From Candidatus Latescibacterota bacterium (GTDB taxonomy: Bacteria > Latescibacterota > UBA2968): DNA of 25,609 bases. Shown here piece after piece: positions 1 to 8,180 of this stretch (position 1 is the stretch's first letter; every line of letters begins with the position of its first letter). The stretch lies in contig JAYODI010000046.1 in the NCBI GenBank assembly GCA_038279365.1, positions 2,652 through 28,260 of the forward strand, written 5' to 3'. Made by a program: the position numbers and the translations under genes. Under the pieces are notes generated by a model. That model was not told the DNA's origin, made no database searches, and saw only the letters and a list, made by a program, of their open reading frames with translations.

Positions 1-670
1 ACACCGTTCCCCAACCCAAAGGCGGCAGGTCTACTTGCTCATCTACTTTGGAGTGTGAAACACGTTGCATACTGGCTGAGAGCCAGACAAACATGTCGCC
101 AAAGTTGAGACCATTGAGTTTAACGGGCGCTCGGGCGACAATGGTTTGTAATTTTTCCATGTTGGCACCTTCTACACCTACGGCAAAAAATGCGATGCCT
201 TTGTTTTCTTCTTCTGTGCGAATGCGTTGGGCGGCTTGGTCAATCACTTCTTTGTCTTCGCCTTGGGGTTCTCCATCGGTGATCATAAATATCCAGGGGC
301 GATAATAAGAGATGCCGTTTTCGCGGTATTGTGTTTTTCTTTTTTGGACCATGTCTAAGGCGGTGATAATGCCCGTACCCATTGCTGTGGCACCGCCTGT
401 ATTTAATGCAGTGGGTTCAAACTGATCGGCTGTGACAAAATCTTGTACGACATTGACTTTGCTGTCGAAGGTGACAATGGCAATTTCAACACGCCGAGAT
501 GCCAAGCCGTCTTCTGTGAGTGCATTTTGAAAGGTTTGAAGCCCTTGGCTTAAGGCGTTGATGGGGGAGCCAGACATGGAACCGGATGTGTCGAGCAATA
601 AGATGCAGGGACAGCGCGGTTCGGGGTTTTCGGCAAATTCTATTTCTTCCAATTTGGGTTCTTCAGACAT
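1..670 (-). CDS. vWA domain protein, TerY/YegL family (223 sense codons; stop codon falls just past the window edge)
   Basis: Manual translation from ATG at 670 gives MSEEPKLEEIEFAENPEPRCPCILLLDTSGSMSG...YYRPWIFMITDGEP...LPPLGWGTV. It has the MIDAS DxSxS motif, 'ENPEPRCP' and 'RPWIFMITDG', all typical of YegL/TerY. AAGGAG RBS upstream. Not in the ORF track. Confidence 0.9.
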   Translation of the reverse strand, partial: MSEEPKLEEIEFAENPEPRCPCILLLDTSGSMSGSPINALSQGLQTFQNALTEDGLASRRVEIAIVTFDSKVNVVQDFVTADQFEPTALNTGGATAMGTGIITALDMVQKRKTQYRENGISYYRPWIFMITDGEPQGEDKEVIDQAAQRIRTEEENKGIAFFAVGVEGANMEKLQTIVARAPVKLNGLNFGDMFVWLSASMQRVSHSKVDEQVDLPPLGWGTV

Positions 671-808
671 GGGATCTCCTTGGTTCAAGATGTCGCTTAA
701 TTATAGGACATTTTGGGAAAAAGTGGAGGGGAGACAAAAAATGCTTAAAAGTTAGATAAAAAATGATCGCTGAGGGTTTCAATATTGGTGAGTGAATATA
801 CAAAAAGG

Positions 809-844
809 ATTTAAAAACCCCTGAAACCATATGGTTCCAGGGGT
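809..844 (-). terminator. Rho-independent terminator after the tauD-like gene
   Basis: Minus-strand RNA ACCCCUGGAACC-AUAU-GGUUUCAGGGGU (one G-U pair) is followed by UUUUAAAU, about 40 nt downstream of the stop at 883. Confidence 0.75.
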
Positions 845-882
845 GACCATTTATTACCGTGGTTTTTAAATTTGAAGCGTGA

Positions 883-1668
883 TTACGATGGGGTGTTATG
901 TGCAACAGCCTGTGTGCGTTTCATGACGCGGCGTTGGGAGTTATCGAAACTGTCGCGACGGTGCATGGTGGTGCGGTTGTCCCACATCACGAGGTCGCCA
1001 GGTTGCCATTGATGGGTATGGATGAATTTGGGATCGGTGAGGTATGTGGTGAGAAATTGGATGATTTCATCGCTTTCTTGCTTGGAGAGGCCATCGACCC
1101 ATTTGGCATGATTAGGCGAAAAGTAGAGGCTTTTGCGGCCTGATTCCGGGTGGGTGAGCACAATGGGGTGACGGGGTGGTTCGGGTGGGTTGTAATCTGG
1201 GCGTGCGTGGATGTAGGCGATTTGAAGGTTTTCCAGACGATGTTTCATATCTGCATCAAGCGCATTGTAAGCGGTGATGTTGCCTGTCCAATAGGTGTTG
1301 CCACCTTCGGTTGGTGTTTCGAGACAGTAGAGAATGGAAACGGTGCCTGGGGTGGGCAAAAAAATGAGGTCAGCATGAAAATGGACTTCGGCATTGCCGA
1401 GTGCGCCTTCATCGGTGTTGGAGATAATGGTGATTTCGGGACGTGTGCCCCGATTTTTCGCATTTGTGGGGTGGGGTTCTGGATTGCAGAAGTGTTTGGA
1501 AAAGCGTACTTGATCGTCTTCTGTTAATGTTTGGTTACGAAAGATGAGGAGGCTGTGTTGGTGAAAAGCGTTTTGGAGTTGCTTGGATGTTTCATCATCT
1601 AAGGTTTGAGATAGGTCGATGTTTTGGATGGTTGCGCCCAATGCACTGTTTGTGGGGGTGATGGTCAT
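883..1668 (-). CDS. TauD/TfdA family Fe(II)/2-oxoglutarate dioxygenase
   Basis: N-terminal 'LGATIQNIDL', HxD motif (HFHADL), 'GGNTYW', 'HPESGRKSLY' and 'WQPGDLVMWDNRTTMHRR'. Confidence 0.92.
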   Translation of the reverse strand: MTITPTNSALGATIQNIDLSQTLDDETSKQLQNAFHQHSLLIFRNQTLTEDDQVRFSKHFCNPEPHPTNAKNRGTRPEITIISNTDEGALGNAEVHFHADLIFLPTPGTVSILYCLETPTEGGNTYWTGNITAYNALDADMKHRLENLQIAYIHARPDYNPPEPPRHPIVLTHPESGRKSLYFSPNHAKWVDGLSKQESDEIIQFLTTYLTDPKFIHTHQWQPGDLVMWDNRTTMHRRDSFDNSQRRVMKRTQAVAHNTPS

Positions 1669-1674
1669 GGTTGT

Positions 1675-2946
1675 TTACTCCTTTGGCACGATGGCACCGT
1701 GTTCTTCAAGCAGGGCATGCAAATCGTGAAGGGGCACATCTAAGGGTGTGGTTTCAAGGCGTACGGCCAGTGCGGCGGCGGCACCTGCGGCTTGTCCCAT
1801 GCCCATGCTGGAGGCTTGTACGCGCATGGCAGAGTTGGCCAAGCGATCACTGCTCACACATCGTCCGGCAACGAGGATATTGGGTGTATCTTTGGGAATG
1901 AGTGCGCGTAGGGGAATGGTGGGGACAATGCCTTGTTCGAGTGGTTTGGGTTTGATGCCGTCTTTGTCGTGGAGATCTATGGGATAAAAGGAGTAAGAAA
2001 CGGCATCATCGAAATGGCGACCAGACGTGTAATCTTGATGGGTGACTTGCACTTCACCAACGATGCGATAGGTTTCGCGCACAGCTGTTTCGGGTTGGGC
2101 ACTGAGGATGGATGCGTTTTCACAGCCAGGTAGTGAGCGCACAAAGCGTATGATGCGCAAAAGCGATTGACGCCCTGCGATGTTGGTTTGTGAACGGGTG
2201 GCCGATGTGGAGGCATCGGCTCCGTGTACATGTTGTGCATTCTCTCCGCCACTTTTGAGGTAACCCACAAACCGAACACGGCTGTTGCGCACATCGCCGT
2301 GTTGGAGGCGACCGTCTTGATAGGCTTTTTCAAAGTGTTGTTGAATGAGATCTGCATCTAAGCTGTCAACGTCGTAACCGCCAAGTTTGAAAATGAGTGT
2401 GCCGGGTTGTGTTTCTTCTTCACGCAATCGGGGCAAGCCAGCCAAACCGACAATGTCGGCACCCCCCGTGCAGTCGATGAGTTGTTTGGTGGTGATGGTG
2501 CGCCGAATGCCTTTGCCAATGGTTTCTATTTGCCACCCACGGGCCGTTTGTTCAATGGCAGTGGGTGTTTCATAAAAGTGAAGGGCAACACCTGCTTGGG
2601 TGCAGGCTTCTTCGGCCAATGCGGCATAGAGTGGGCCGTTGATGCGAATTTGGTGCATCCAGTGGCGTTCGGGCACGGTGGAGAAATCGGGCATGATGCC
2701 GCTGTCGAGTGCCACGGCTTTTTGCACGAGTTCCCACCCAATGCCTGCGATGATTTGTTTTCCCCAGGCGTGAAAAAGCCCGGGGAATGAAACGCCGCCT
2801 GTTGTGGTAACCCCACCGAGTTGACTGCCTGTTTCAACCAAGGCGGTGCGTAAACCGGCTCGCCCAGCTTGTATGGCGGCAACGGTGCCTGCTGTGCCAC
2901 CGCCAATGATGAGGATGTCAACGGTGTCGTGAATGTTTTGGATCAT
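1675..2946 (-). CDS. FAD-dependent oxidoreductase (PF12831-like)
   Basis: Rossmann motif GGGTAGTVAA, 'LGGVTTTGGV', 'IDCTGGADI', 'VRETYRIVG', 'IPLRALIP', 'AGRCVS' and 'MGQAAGAAAAL'. Confidence 0.88.
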   Translation of the reverse strand: MIQNIHDTVDILIIGGGTAGTVAAIQAGRAGLRTALVETGSQLGGVTTTGGVSFPGLFHAWGKQIIAGIGWELVQKAVALDSGIMPDFSTVPERHWMHQIRINGPLYAALAEEACTQAGVALHFYETPTAIEQTARGWQIETIGKGIRRTITTKQLIDCTGGADIVGLAGLPRLREEETQPGTLIFKLGGYDVDSLDADLIQQHFEKAYQDGRLQHGDVRNSRVRFVGYLKSGGENAQHVHGADASTSATRSQTNIAGRQSLLRIIRFVRSLPGCENASILSAQPETAVRETYRIVGEVQVTHQDYTSGRHFDDAVSYSFYPIDLHDKDGIKPKPLEQGIVPTIPLRALIPKDTPNILVAGRCVSSDRLANSAMRVQASSMGMGQAAGAAAALAVRLETTPLDVPLHDLHALLEEHGAIVPKE

Positions 2947-4625
2947 GTGCGTGTAAACTCTCGGTATTTGATGCGGTGGGGTTGGTCGGCATCGGCCCCG
3001 AGGCGTCGTTTGTAATCTTCTTCATATTGTGAGTAGTTGCCATCGAAGTAGACCACTTGGCTGTCGCCTTCAAAGGCGAGAATGTGTGTGGCAATGCGGT
3101 CGAGGAACCAGCGATCATGTGAGATGACCACAGCACAACCACCAAAGTTTTCGAGAGCTTCTTCTAATGCGCGCATGGTGTTCACATCGAGGTCGTTGGT
3201 CGGTTCATCGAGGAGAATGACGTTGGCACCTTCTTTGAGCATGCGAGCCATGTGAACGCGGTTGCGTTCACCACCCGAGAGTTGGCCCACGGGTTTTTGT
3301 TGGTCACCACCTGTAAAATTGAAGCGGGCCACATAGGCGCGTGAGTTGACTTCACGACTGCCAAGTAGAATAATGTCTTGGCCACCAGAGATGGTTTCCC
3401 AAACGGTTTTTTTGGGGTCGAGCACATCGCGAGATTGTTCCACGTAGGCCAGTTTCACCGTTTCACCAATGCGAAATGATCCGGTATCGGGTTGTTCTTC
3501 ACCCGTGATAAGGCGAAAGAGTGTGGTTTTACCTGCACCGTTGGGACCAATAACACCTACGATACCACCGGGTGGCAATGCAAAGGATAAGTTTTCAAAA
3601 AGCAGTCGATCGCCATATGCTTTGCGAACGTCATTGGCTTCAATGACGATTTCACCCAACCGTGGGCCGGGTGGAATAAAGATTTCGAGCTCGCGCTCAC
3701 GCTCGGCTGTTTGACTGAGCAATTGTTCATAAGAGCTGATACGGGCTTTGGATTTGGCATGACGTCCGCGTGGCGACATTTTGATCCATTCTCGCTCGCG
3801 TTGTAATGTTTTTTGACGTTGGCTTTCTTGTTTTTCTTCATTTGCCAACCGCGCTTCTTTTTGCTCCAACCAAGATGAGTAATTGCCTTTGTATGGAATG
3901 CCTCTGCCATGATCGAGTTCGAGAATCCATCCGGCCACATTGTCTAAGAAGTAACGGTCATGTGTGACGGCGATGATGGTGCCTTCATAGCGTTGCAAAT
4001 GTTGTTCGAGCCAGGTGATGGATTCGGCATCGAGATGGTTGGTGGGTTCGTCGAGCAAGAGAATGTCGGGCTTCTTGAGTAAGAGACGACAAAGGGCAAC
4101 GCGACGCCGTTCACCCCCTGAGAGTTGGTCAACAATGGCATCGCTGGGTGGGCAACGCAATGCGTCCATGGCTTGTTCGAGCCGGGCATCGAGGTCCCAA
4201 ATGTCTCTGTGATCAATGATTTCTTGAAGCTCACCTTGGCGCTCGATGACTTTGTTCATTTCGTCATCTGTCATCGGTTCGGCAAATTTGGCGCTGATCT
4301 CGTTGTATTCTTTCATAATATCGACATCTTCTTGCACGCCTTGTTCTACCATTTCGAGCACGGTTTTACCGGCTTCGAGCTCGGGTTCCTGTTCCAAGAA
4401 ACCAATGGTGTGCCCTGGGGCAAGATGTGTTTCGCCATTGTATTTTTCATCTCTGCCTGCCAAAATGCGCAAGAGGGTCGATTTACCCGAACCGTTGAGA
4501 CCGAGTACGCCAATTTTTGCACCGTAGAAATACGAGAGTGAAATGTTTTCGAGAATGGGTTTTTTATCAATGAATTTGCTGACGCGTACCATTGAGTAAA
4601 TAATTTTGTTGGGTTCATCTGCCAT
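2943..4625 (-). CDS. ettA: Energy-dependent translational throttle protein EttA (ABC-F)
   Basis: Two ABC cassettes (GLNGSGKST, LSGGERRR, LLDEPTNHLD; GPNGAGKTT, LSGGERNR), EttA-type N-terminus 'ISLSYFYGAKIGVLG' and C-terminus 'QPHRIKYR'. GAGG RBS. Confidence 0.95.
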   Translation of the reverse strand: MADEPNKIIYSMVRVSKFIDKKPILENISLSYFYGAKIGVLGLNGSGKSTLLRILAGRDEKYNGETHLAPGHTIGFLEQEPELEAGKTVLEMVEQGVQEDVDIMKEYNEISAKFAEPMTDDEMNKVIERQGELQEIIDHRDIWDLDARLEQAMDALRCPPSDAIVDQLSGGERRRVALCRLLLKKPDILLLDEPTNHLDAESITWLEQHLQRYEGTIIAVTHDRYFLDNVAGWILELDHGRGIPYKGNYSSWLEQKEARLANEEKQESQRQKTLQREREWIKMSPRGRHAKSKARISSYEQLLSQTAERERELEIFIPPGPRLGEIVIEANDVRKAYGDRLLFENLSFALPPGGIVGVIGPNGAGKTTLFRLITGEEQPDTGSFRIGETVKLAYVEQSRDVLDPKKTVWETISGGQDIILLGSREVNSRAYVARFNFTGGDQQKPVGQLSGGERNRVHMARMLKEGANVILLDEPTNDLDVNTMRALEEALENFGGCAVVISHDRWFLDRIATHILAFEGDSQVVYFDGNYSQYEEDYKRRLGADADQPHRIKYREFTRT

Positions 4626-4724
4626 GTAACGTTTCCTCGTTTGTGATGGTGTTCTGTTCCACTTTTTTACGGATGTGAATGATTAGAGGTATTTGTCTTT
4701 ATGTATTTTGGGTGTTGATTGTCA

Positions 4725-4780
4725 CTGACTGCTGACTGCTGACTGCTGACTGCTGACTGCTGACTGCTGACTGCTGACTC
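4725..4780. repeat. Heptamer tandem array (CTGACTG)x7 plus one imperfect copy
   Basis: Seven exact CTGACTG units at 4725-4773, then CTGACTC at 4774-4780, overlapping the stop codon of the 4779-5711 gene. Confidence 0.97.
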
Positions 4781-5711
4781 ACTGCCCATCCCATTTGGCT
4801 GTACCTATGGCATAATATTTGTGCACAAATGGGGGCTTGGTGCGAGAGGCATACCATATTCGCCACGTGCCATCATTGAGGCGCAGAACGGTTTGACTGG
4901 TGGTGTAGTGCGATTCCCAATCGCGTGTGGGATCGGGTTCGAAGATGGGGTTATTGGGGTTTTTCTCCCAATGGATACCGTCTTCACTTGTAGCAAGGCC
5001 GAGTGCAGTGGTGTGTGGATCGGATGCACAGTAGCTGCCGTACCACATTAAATATAAACCATCACACTTGAGAACGGTGGGATAAAATAGACGTCCGTGT
5101 TCCCAGGCTTGATCCAATTTGAGAATGGGGTCTGGATGAACTGTCCAGTTTTGACCATCTGTGCTTTTGGCATAACGATAAAACCACGGGTCAGAAGTAA
5201 CATCGGTGTACCAAAGTTTATAGGTGTTGCCTTCTTTGATGATGGTTGGCGCATAACATTCTGAAAGTTGTGGCACAGAGGGCGGTGCCCAATGGATGCC
5301 GTCTTCACTGGTGGTTTCATGGAGGGTGTGTGGGTTGCCTGCTTCAAATGTGGTGGACGCAAACCACATTCTGAGTTTGCCGTTTTCACGCAGCAGTGAG
5401 CCGTTGGGGTTGCGCAAGAGTGTGGGCGTGAGGATTGAATTTTTGCCATTACCAAATTCATAGACGGGGGCGTTGGGGTGTTTGGTAAAGTGAACGCCAT
5501 CTTGGCTGGTGGCAAGACCCAGTTTGAAGACGCGCTCTTCTACGTCACCACGTGAACCAGGATACCACAGGCGATATTCGCCATTTTCAAAGGCGACACA
5601 AGGGGCGAAAAGGTGCATGTCGTCGAAGTCACCTGAGTTGCCAAGTGATACACACGGTTTTTCTGTGTCGCGGATCCAATTTTGAGGTTGTTGCCATTTG
5701 CTTTTGGACAT
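4779..5711 (-). CDS. Five-bladed beta-propeller glycoside hydrolase-like protein (GH32/43/130 superfamily), cytoplasmic
   Basis: Repeated blade motifs 'LGLATSQDGVHFTK', 'TSEDGIHW', 'STDGQNW' and 'LATSEDGIHWEKNPNNPI'; 'FDDMHLFAPCV'. No signal peptide. Confidence 0.75.
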   Translation of the reverse strand: MSKSKWQQPQNWIRDTEKPCVSLGNSGDFDDMHLFAPCVAFENGEYRLWYPGSRGDVEERVFKLGLATSQDGVHFTKHPNAPVYEFGNGKNSILTPTLLRNPNGSLLRENGKLRMWFASTTFEAGNPHTLHETTSEDGIHWAPPSVPQLSECYAPTIIKEGNTYKLWYTDVTSDPWFYRYAKSTDGQNWTVHPDPILKLDQAWEHGRLFYPTVLKCDGLYLMWYGSYCASDPHTTALGLATSEDGIHWEKNPNNPIFEPDPTRDWESHYTTSQTVLRLNDGTWRIWYASRTKPPFVHKYYAIGTAKWDGQ

Positions 5712-5792
5712 GGAGTTTCCTTGGGTGCATGGATGAACGATATCTTTTGCATATCGTTGCCTGATGCGTCGATGCGTAGTTTTGAAGGCTGA

Positions 5793-6863
5793 TTAATCCT
5801 GAAGGGGTAAAATACAAACGGGATTTGGTACGTTTGCAATATGCCCAGTAGGTTCTAAGTCGCCTGTTTCTTTGTTGATGCGAAATGTGACAACGGTGTC
5901 TGTGTCTTGGTTGCCCACAATTAAAAACGTGCCTGTGGGATCAATGGCAAAATCGCGTGGGGTTTTGCCTTGTGTGTCGGTGTGTCCGAGCGTCGTGAGG
6001 GTGCCTTTTTCAAATGCGAAACGCGCAATGCTGTTGTGGCCTCGGTTGGAGGCGTAGACAAACCGACCATCGGGTGTGACACCAATTTCGGCACAGGATG
6101 GTTTGGCATCGGTATTTGCTGGCAAAGTGGAGATGGTTTGCAAGGGTGTGAGCATGCCCTCTTTTTTGTAGGCGTAAACGATGATGGTGGCGTCTAATTC
6201 GCTGAGTGAAAATGCATATCGATTGTTTGGGTGAAAGGCAAAGTGGCGTGGGCCTGCACCCAAGTGGGTTTTGACAAAAGGTGGGTCATTGGGTGTGAGC
6301 GTGCCTTTGTTGGCGTCAAATAGATAGATCATGACTTTGTCTGTGCCGAGATCGGGTACAAACAAAAAGCGGTTGTCTGCACTGAGCACAACGGCATGAG
6401 CATGGGGGCCTTCTTGGCGGTCTGGGTTGATGCTTTTGCCTTCGTGTTGAACAATGGCAGATGCTGCGCCTAAGGTACCGTCTTTTTGAATGGGATAGAC
6501 GGCCACACTGCCCGTTTCGTAGTTGGCACTGAGTACACATTGCCCTGTTTGATCGACAACGATGTGGCACGGAAAACCACCGTGAGCGGGTTGGTGATTG
6601 AGGGCGCGAAGGGTTTTGCCTTCAATGGCAAAAGCGTGGACGGTAGGATTTTCATCGACGCTCGTTTCTTGATCGGCATAGAGATATTGTTTTTGTGGGT
6701 CTATGGCCAGATAAGATGGATTTTTGGGGCCTGTTGTGTTGCTGAGGTAGGTGAGTGCACCCGAATCCATGTCGAGGCTGTAAACGTAAATGCCTTTGGC
6801 TTTGCCATCTACAAAAGGCAGTTTTTCGGTGTAGGTTCCAATGTAAATGGTTTGAGATGCCAT
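5793..6863 (-). CDS. Lactonase, 6-phosphogluconolactonase (YbhE/Pgl) seven-bladed propeller family
   Basis: 'IYIGTYT', 'NPSYL', 'ANYETGSV', 'RQEGPHAH', 'DLGTD', 'GAGPRHFAF', 'YASNRGHNSI' and 'GKTPRDF'. AGGAG RBS. Substrate not assignable. Confidence 0.92.
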   Translation of the reverse strand: MASQTIYIGTYTEKLPFVDGKAKGIYVYSLDMDSGALTYLSNTTGPKNPSYLAIDPQKQYLYADQETSVDENPTVHAFAIEGKTLRALNHQPAHGGFPCHIVVDQTGQCVLSANYETGSVAVYPIQKDGTLGAASAIVQHEGKSINPDRQEGPHAHAVVLSADNRFLFVPDLGTDKVMIYLFDANKGTLTPNDPPFVKTHLGAGPRHFAFHPNNRYAFSLSELDATIIVYAYKKEGMLTPLQTISTLPANTDAKPSCAEIGVTPDGRFVYASNRGHNSIARFAFEKGTLTTLGHTDTQGKTPRDFAIDPTGTFLIVGNQDTDTVVTFRINKETGDLEPTGHIANVPNPVCILPLQD

Positions 6864-6908
6864 ATGAGGCTCCTAAGTTGGTATTCATGACTCATTTGGG
6901 GACTGTAG

Positions 6909-6936
6909 AATATAGGGGAAATTGCACTTCGTTCAA
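6909..6936 (-). promoter_or_regulatory. Putative sigma70 promoter for the lactonase gene
   Basis: Minus strand TTGAAC-N16-TATATT (or N18-TATTCT), located between the upstream terminator and the RBS. Confidence 0.35.
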
Positions 6937-6947
6937 GGATTCTTTGC

Positions 6948-6996
6948 ATAAAAAACCAGCGATTCAGAGTGATTCTCAACGTCGCTGGTTTTTTAT
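6948..6996. terminator. Rho-independent terminator (bidirectional shape) after the DUF3500 gene
   Basis: Perfect 15-bp inverted repeat ATAAAAAACCAGCGA ... TCGCTGGTTTTTTAT with A/T tracts on both sides. Confidence 0.85.
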
Positions 6997-7047
6997 GGTT
7001 TTATTTGGGATGTGAAATATTGGTTGTGCCGTAGAAGGTAAAGGTAC

Positions 7048-8037
7048 CTAATGACTTTGTTGATAGTGTTGTCTTAAAATGTCACTGCCAAAGTCGTTTG
7101 TAAGATCGCGCCAAACGGCGTGAATGTGATTGGCATTGGTTTGGGTGCAGTCATATTCGGCTAAGAAGGTGGTGCCGAGCACACGATAGTAGTGACCTTC
7201 TCCGCGATTGATGCCCCCTGCCCAAGCAAAGGCTGCGGTGTCGAGTGATGTGGCGATGAGGTTTTTGCGCTGAGATTCGGCAATGGATTCGGGTAAGCGT
7301 GAGACATATACATTGATCAAGTCGTTTGTTAGGCCACGCTGGGAGGCGGTCATGTCTTTGAATTGGAGGCCTTCGATTTGGACTTCATCGCTTACGCGTG
7401 GCACATTACGTGTGAGAATGTCGTTAGGGGCCTCGGTGTTGATAATGGCAATTTTCTTTTGTTCGCCATCCAGAGAGGCCAATAAGTCGCGTGCGAGATC
7501 TTCTTCTTCTTTGAGGGCGCGTAACCCTTCTTTGCTGCCGTGTCGAACCTGGGCAGGGTTGGAGCCAAAAAAGAAGGGTGTGGGGGCCACAAAGGTACCA
7601 TTGACAATGGTGTAATTGATGGAGATGTGATGGCCTTCAAAGCGCCAGCTCCATGTGTCACTGGTGCCGGGTGTGCCAAAGATCACAAGGTTATATAATT
7701 CGGGATCGCGTGGAAATTTGCGTTCGGTGCCTTCGCTTTCGGCGAGAATCGGTTCGAGGCTGATGATGGTGCGTGCTTTGGTGCGTGCTTGTTCACCCAA
7801 ACCGGTGTCTATAAGGGCAAAGGCTTTGTCGCGTTGGTGCGGTTCCATTTCTTTGAGGCTTAAACCCAAGCGGTCACGTGGAATATAATGCCAATCGAAA
7901 CGGCCTTCTTCGTTGTTGTCAAAAGCTTGGAGGGCTTTTGCGGTTTGGTCGGCACGAAGGGATGCCAAGAATGCGGTGGCGGTATCGGCCATGCGGTTTG
8001 CGGTGTCAACTTGGGTGTAATGTTCTTCGAGGCTCAT
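7048..8037 (-). CDS. DUF3500 domain protein
   Basis: 'WHYIPRDRLGL', 'RDPELY', 'FGTP..WSWRFEGHHISIN', 'PFFFGSNP', 'FAWAG..GEGHYYRV', 'EYDCTQ..ANHIHAVWRDLTNDFG'. Start moved to ATG 8037, which has an AAAGGA RBS. Confidence 0.85.
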   Translation of the reverse strand: MSLEEHYTQVDTANRMADTATAFLASLRADQTAKALQAFDNNEEGRFDWHYIPRDRLGLSLKEMEPHQRDKAFALIDTGLGEQARTKARTIISLEPILAESEGTERKFPRDPELYNLVIFGTPGTSDTWSWRFEGHHISINYTIVNGTFVAPTPFFFGSNPAQVRHGSKEGLRALKEEEDLARDLLASLDGEQKKIAIINTEAPNDILTRNVPRVSDEVQIEGLQFKDMTASQRGLTNDLINVYVSRLPESIAESQRKNLIATSLDTAAFAWAGGINRGEGHYYRVLGTTFLAEYDCTQTNANHIHAVWRDLTNDFGSDILRQHYQQSH

Positions 8038-8092
8038 GGTGTTCCTTTCGGGGTTATTAAGAGCGGTGATTACAAACTGTTGCATTTGGGAA

Positions 8093-8152
8093 GAAGAAAG
8101 ATGAAAGAAGGGAGATGAGACATGGGGATTGTTTCTTCTCTCTCTTTTTTCT
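8093..8152. repeat. Degenerate heptamer array with an inverted pyrimidine arm
   Basis: GAAGAAA GATGAAA GAAGGGA GATGAGA (8093-8120), a short spacer, then TGTTTCTTCTCTCTCTTTTTTCT, which contains TTTCTTC, the reverse complement of GAAGAAA. Confidence 0.6.
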
Positions 8153-8180
8153 AACGGGTCACGTTATTGCATTATCGGTC

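Noticed and set aside
1..670. vWA gene as a pseudogene or truncated fragment
   Set aside because: The frame is open with a family-typical C-terminus (LPPLGWGTV), and the next codon begins with T at base 1, consistent with a stop just outside the window.
663..905. 80-aa minus-strand ORF between the tauD-like and vWA genes
   Set aside because: It runs through a terminator hairpin and AT-rich promoter DNA, overlaps both neighbours and has no recognisable features.
4725..4780. Possible CRISPR array at the tandem repeats
   Set aside because: The units are contiguous 7-mers with no spacers, and no cas genes are present in the window.
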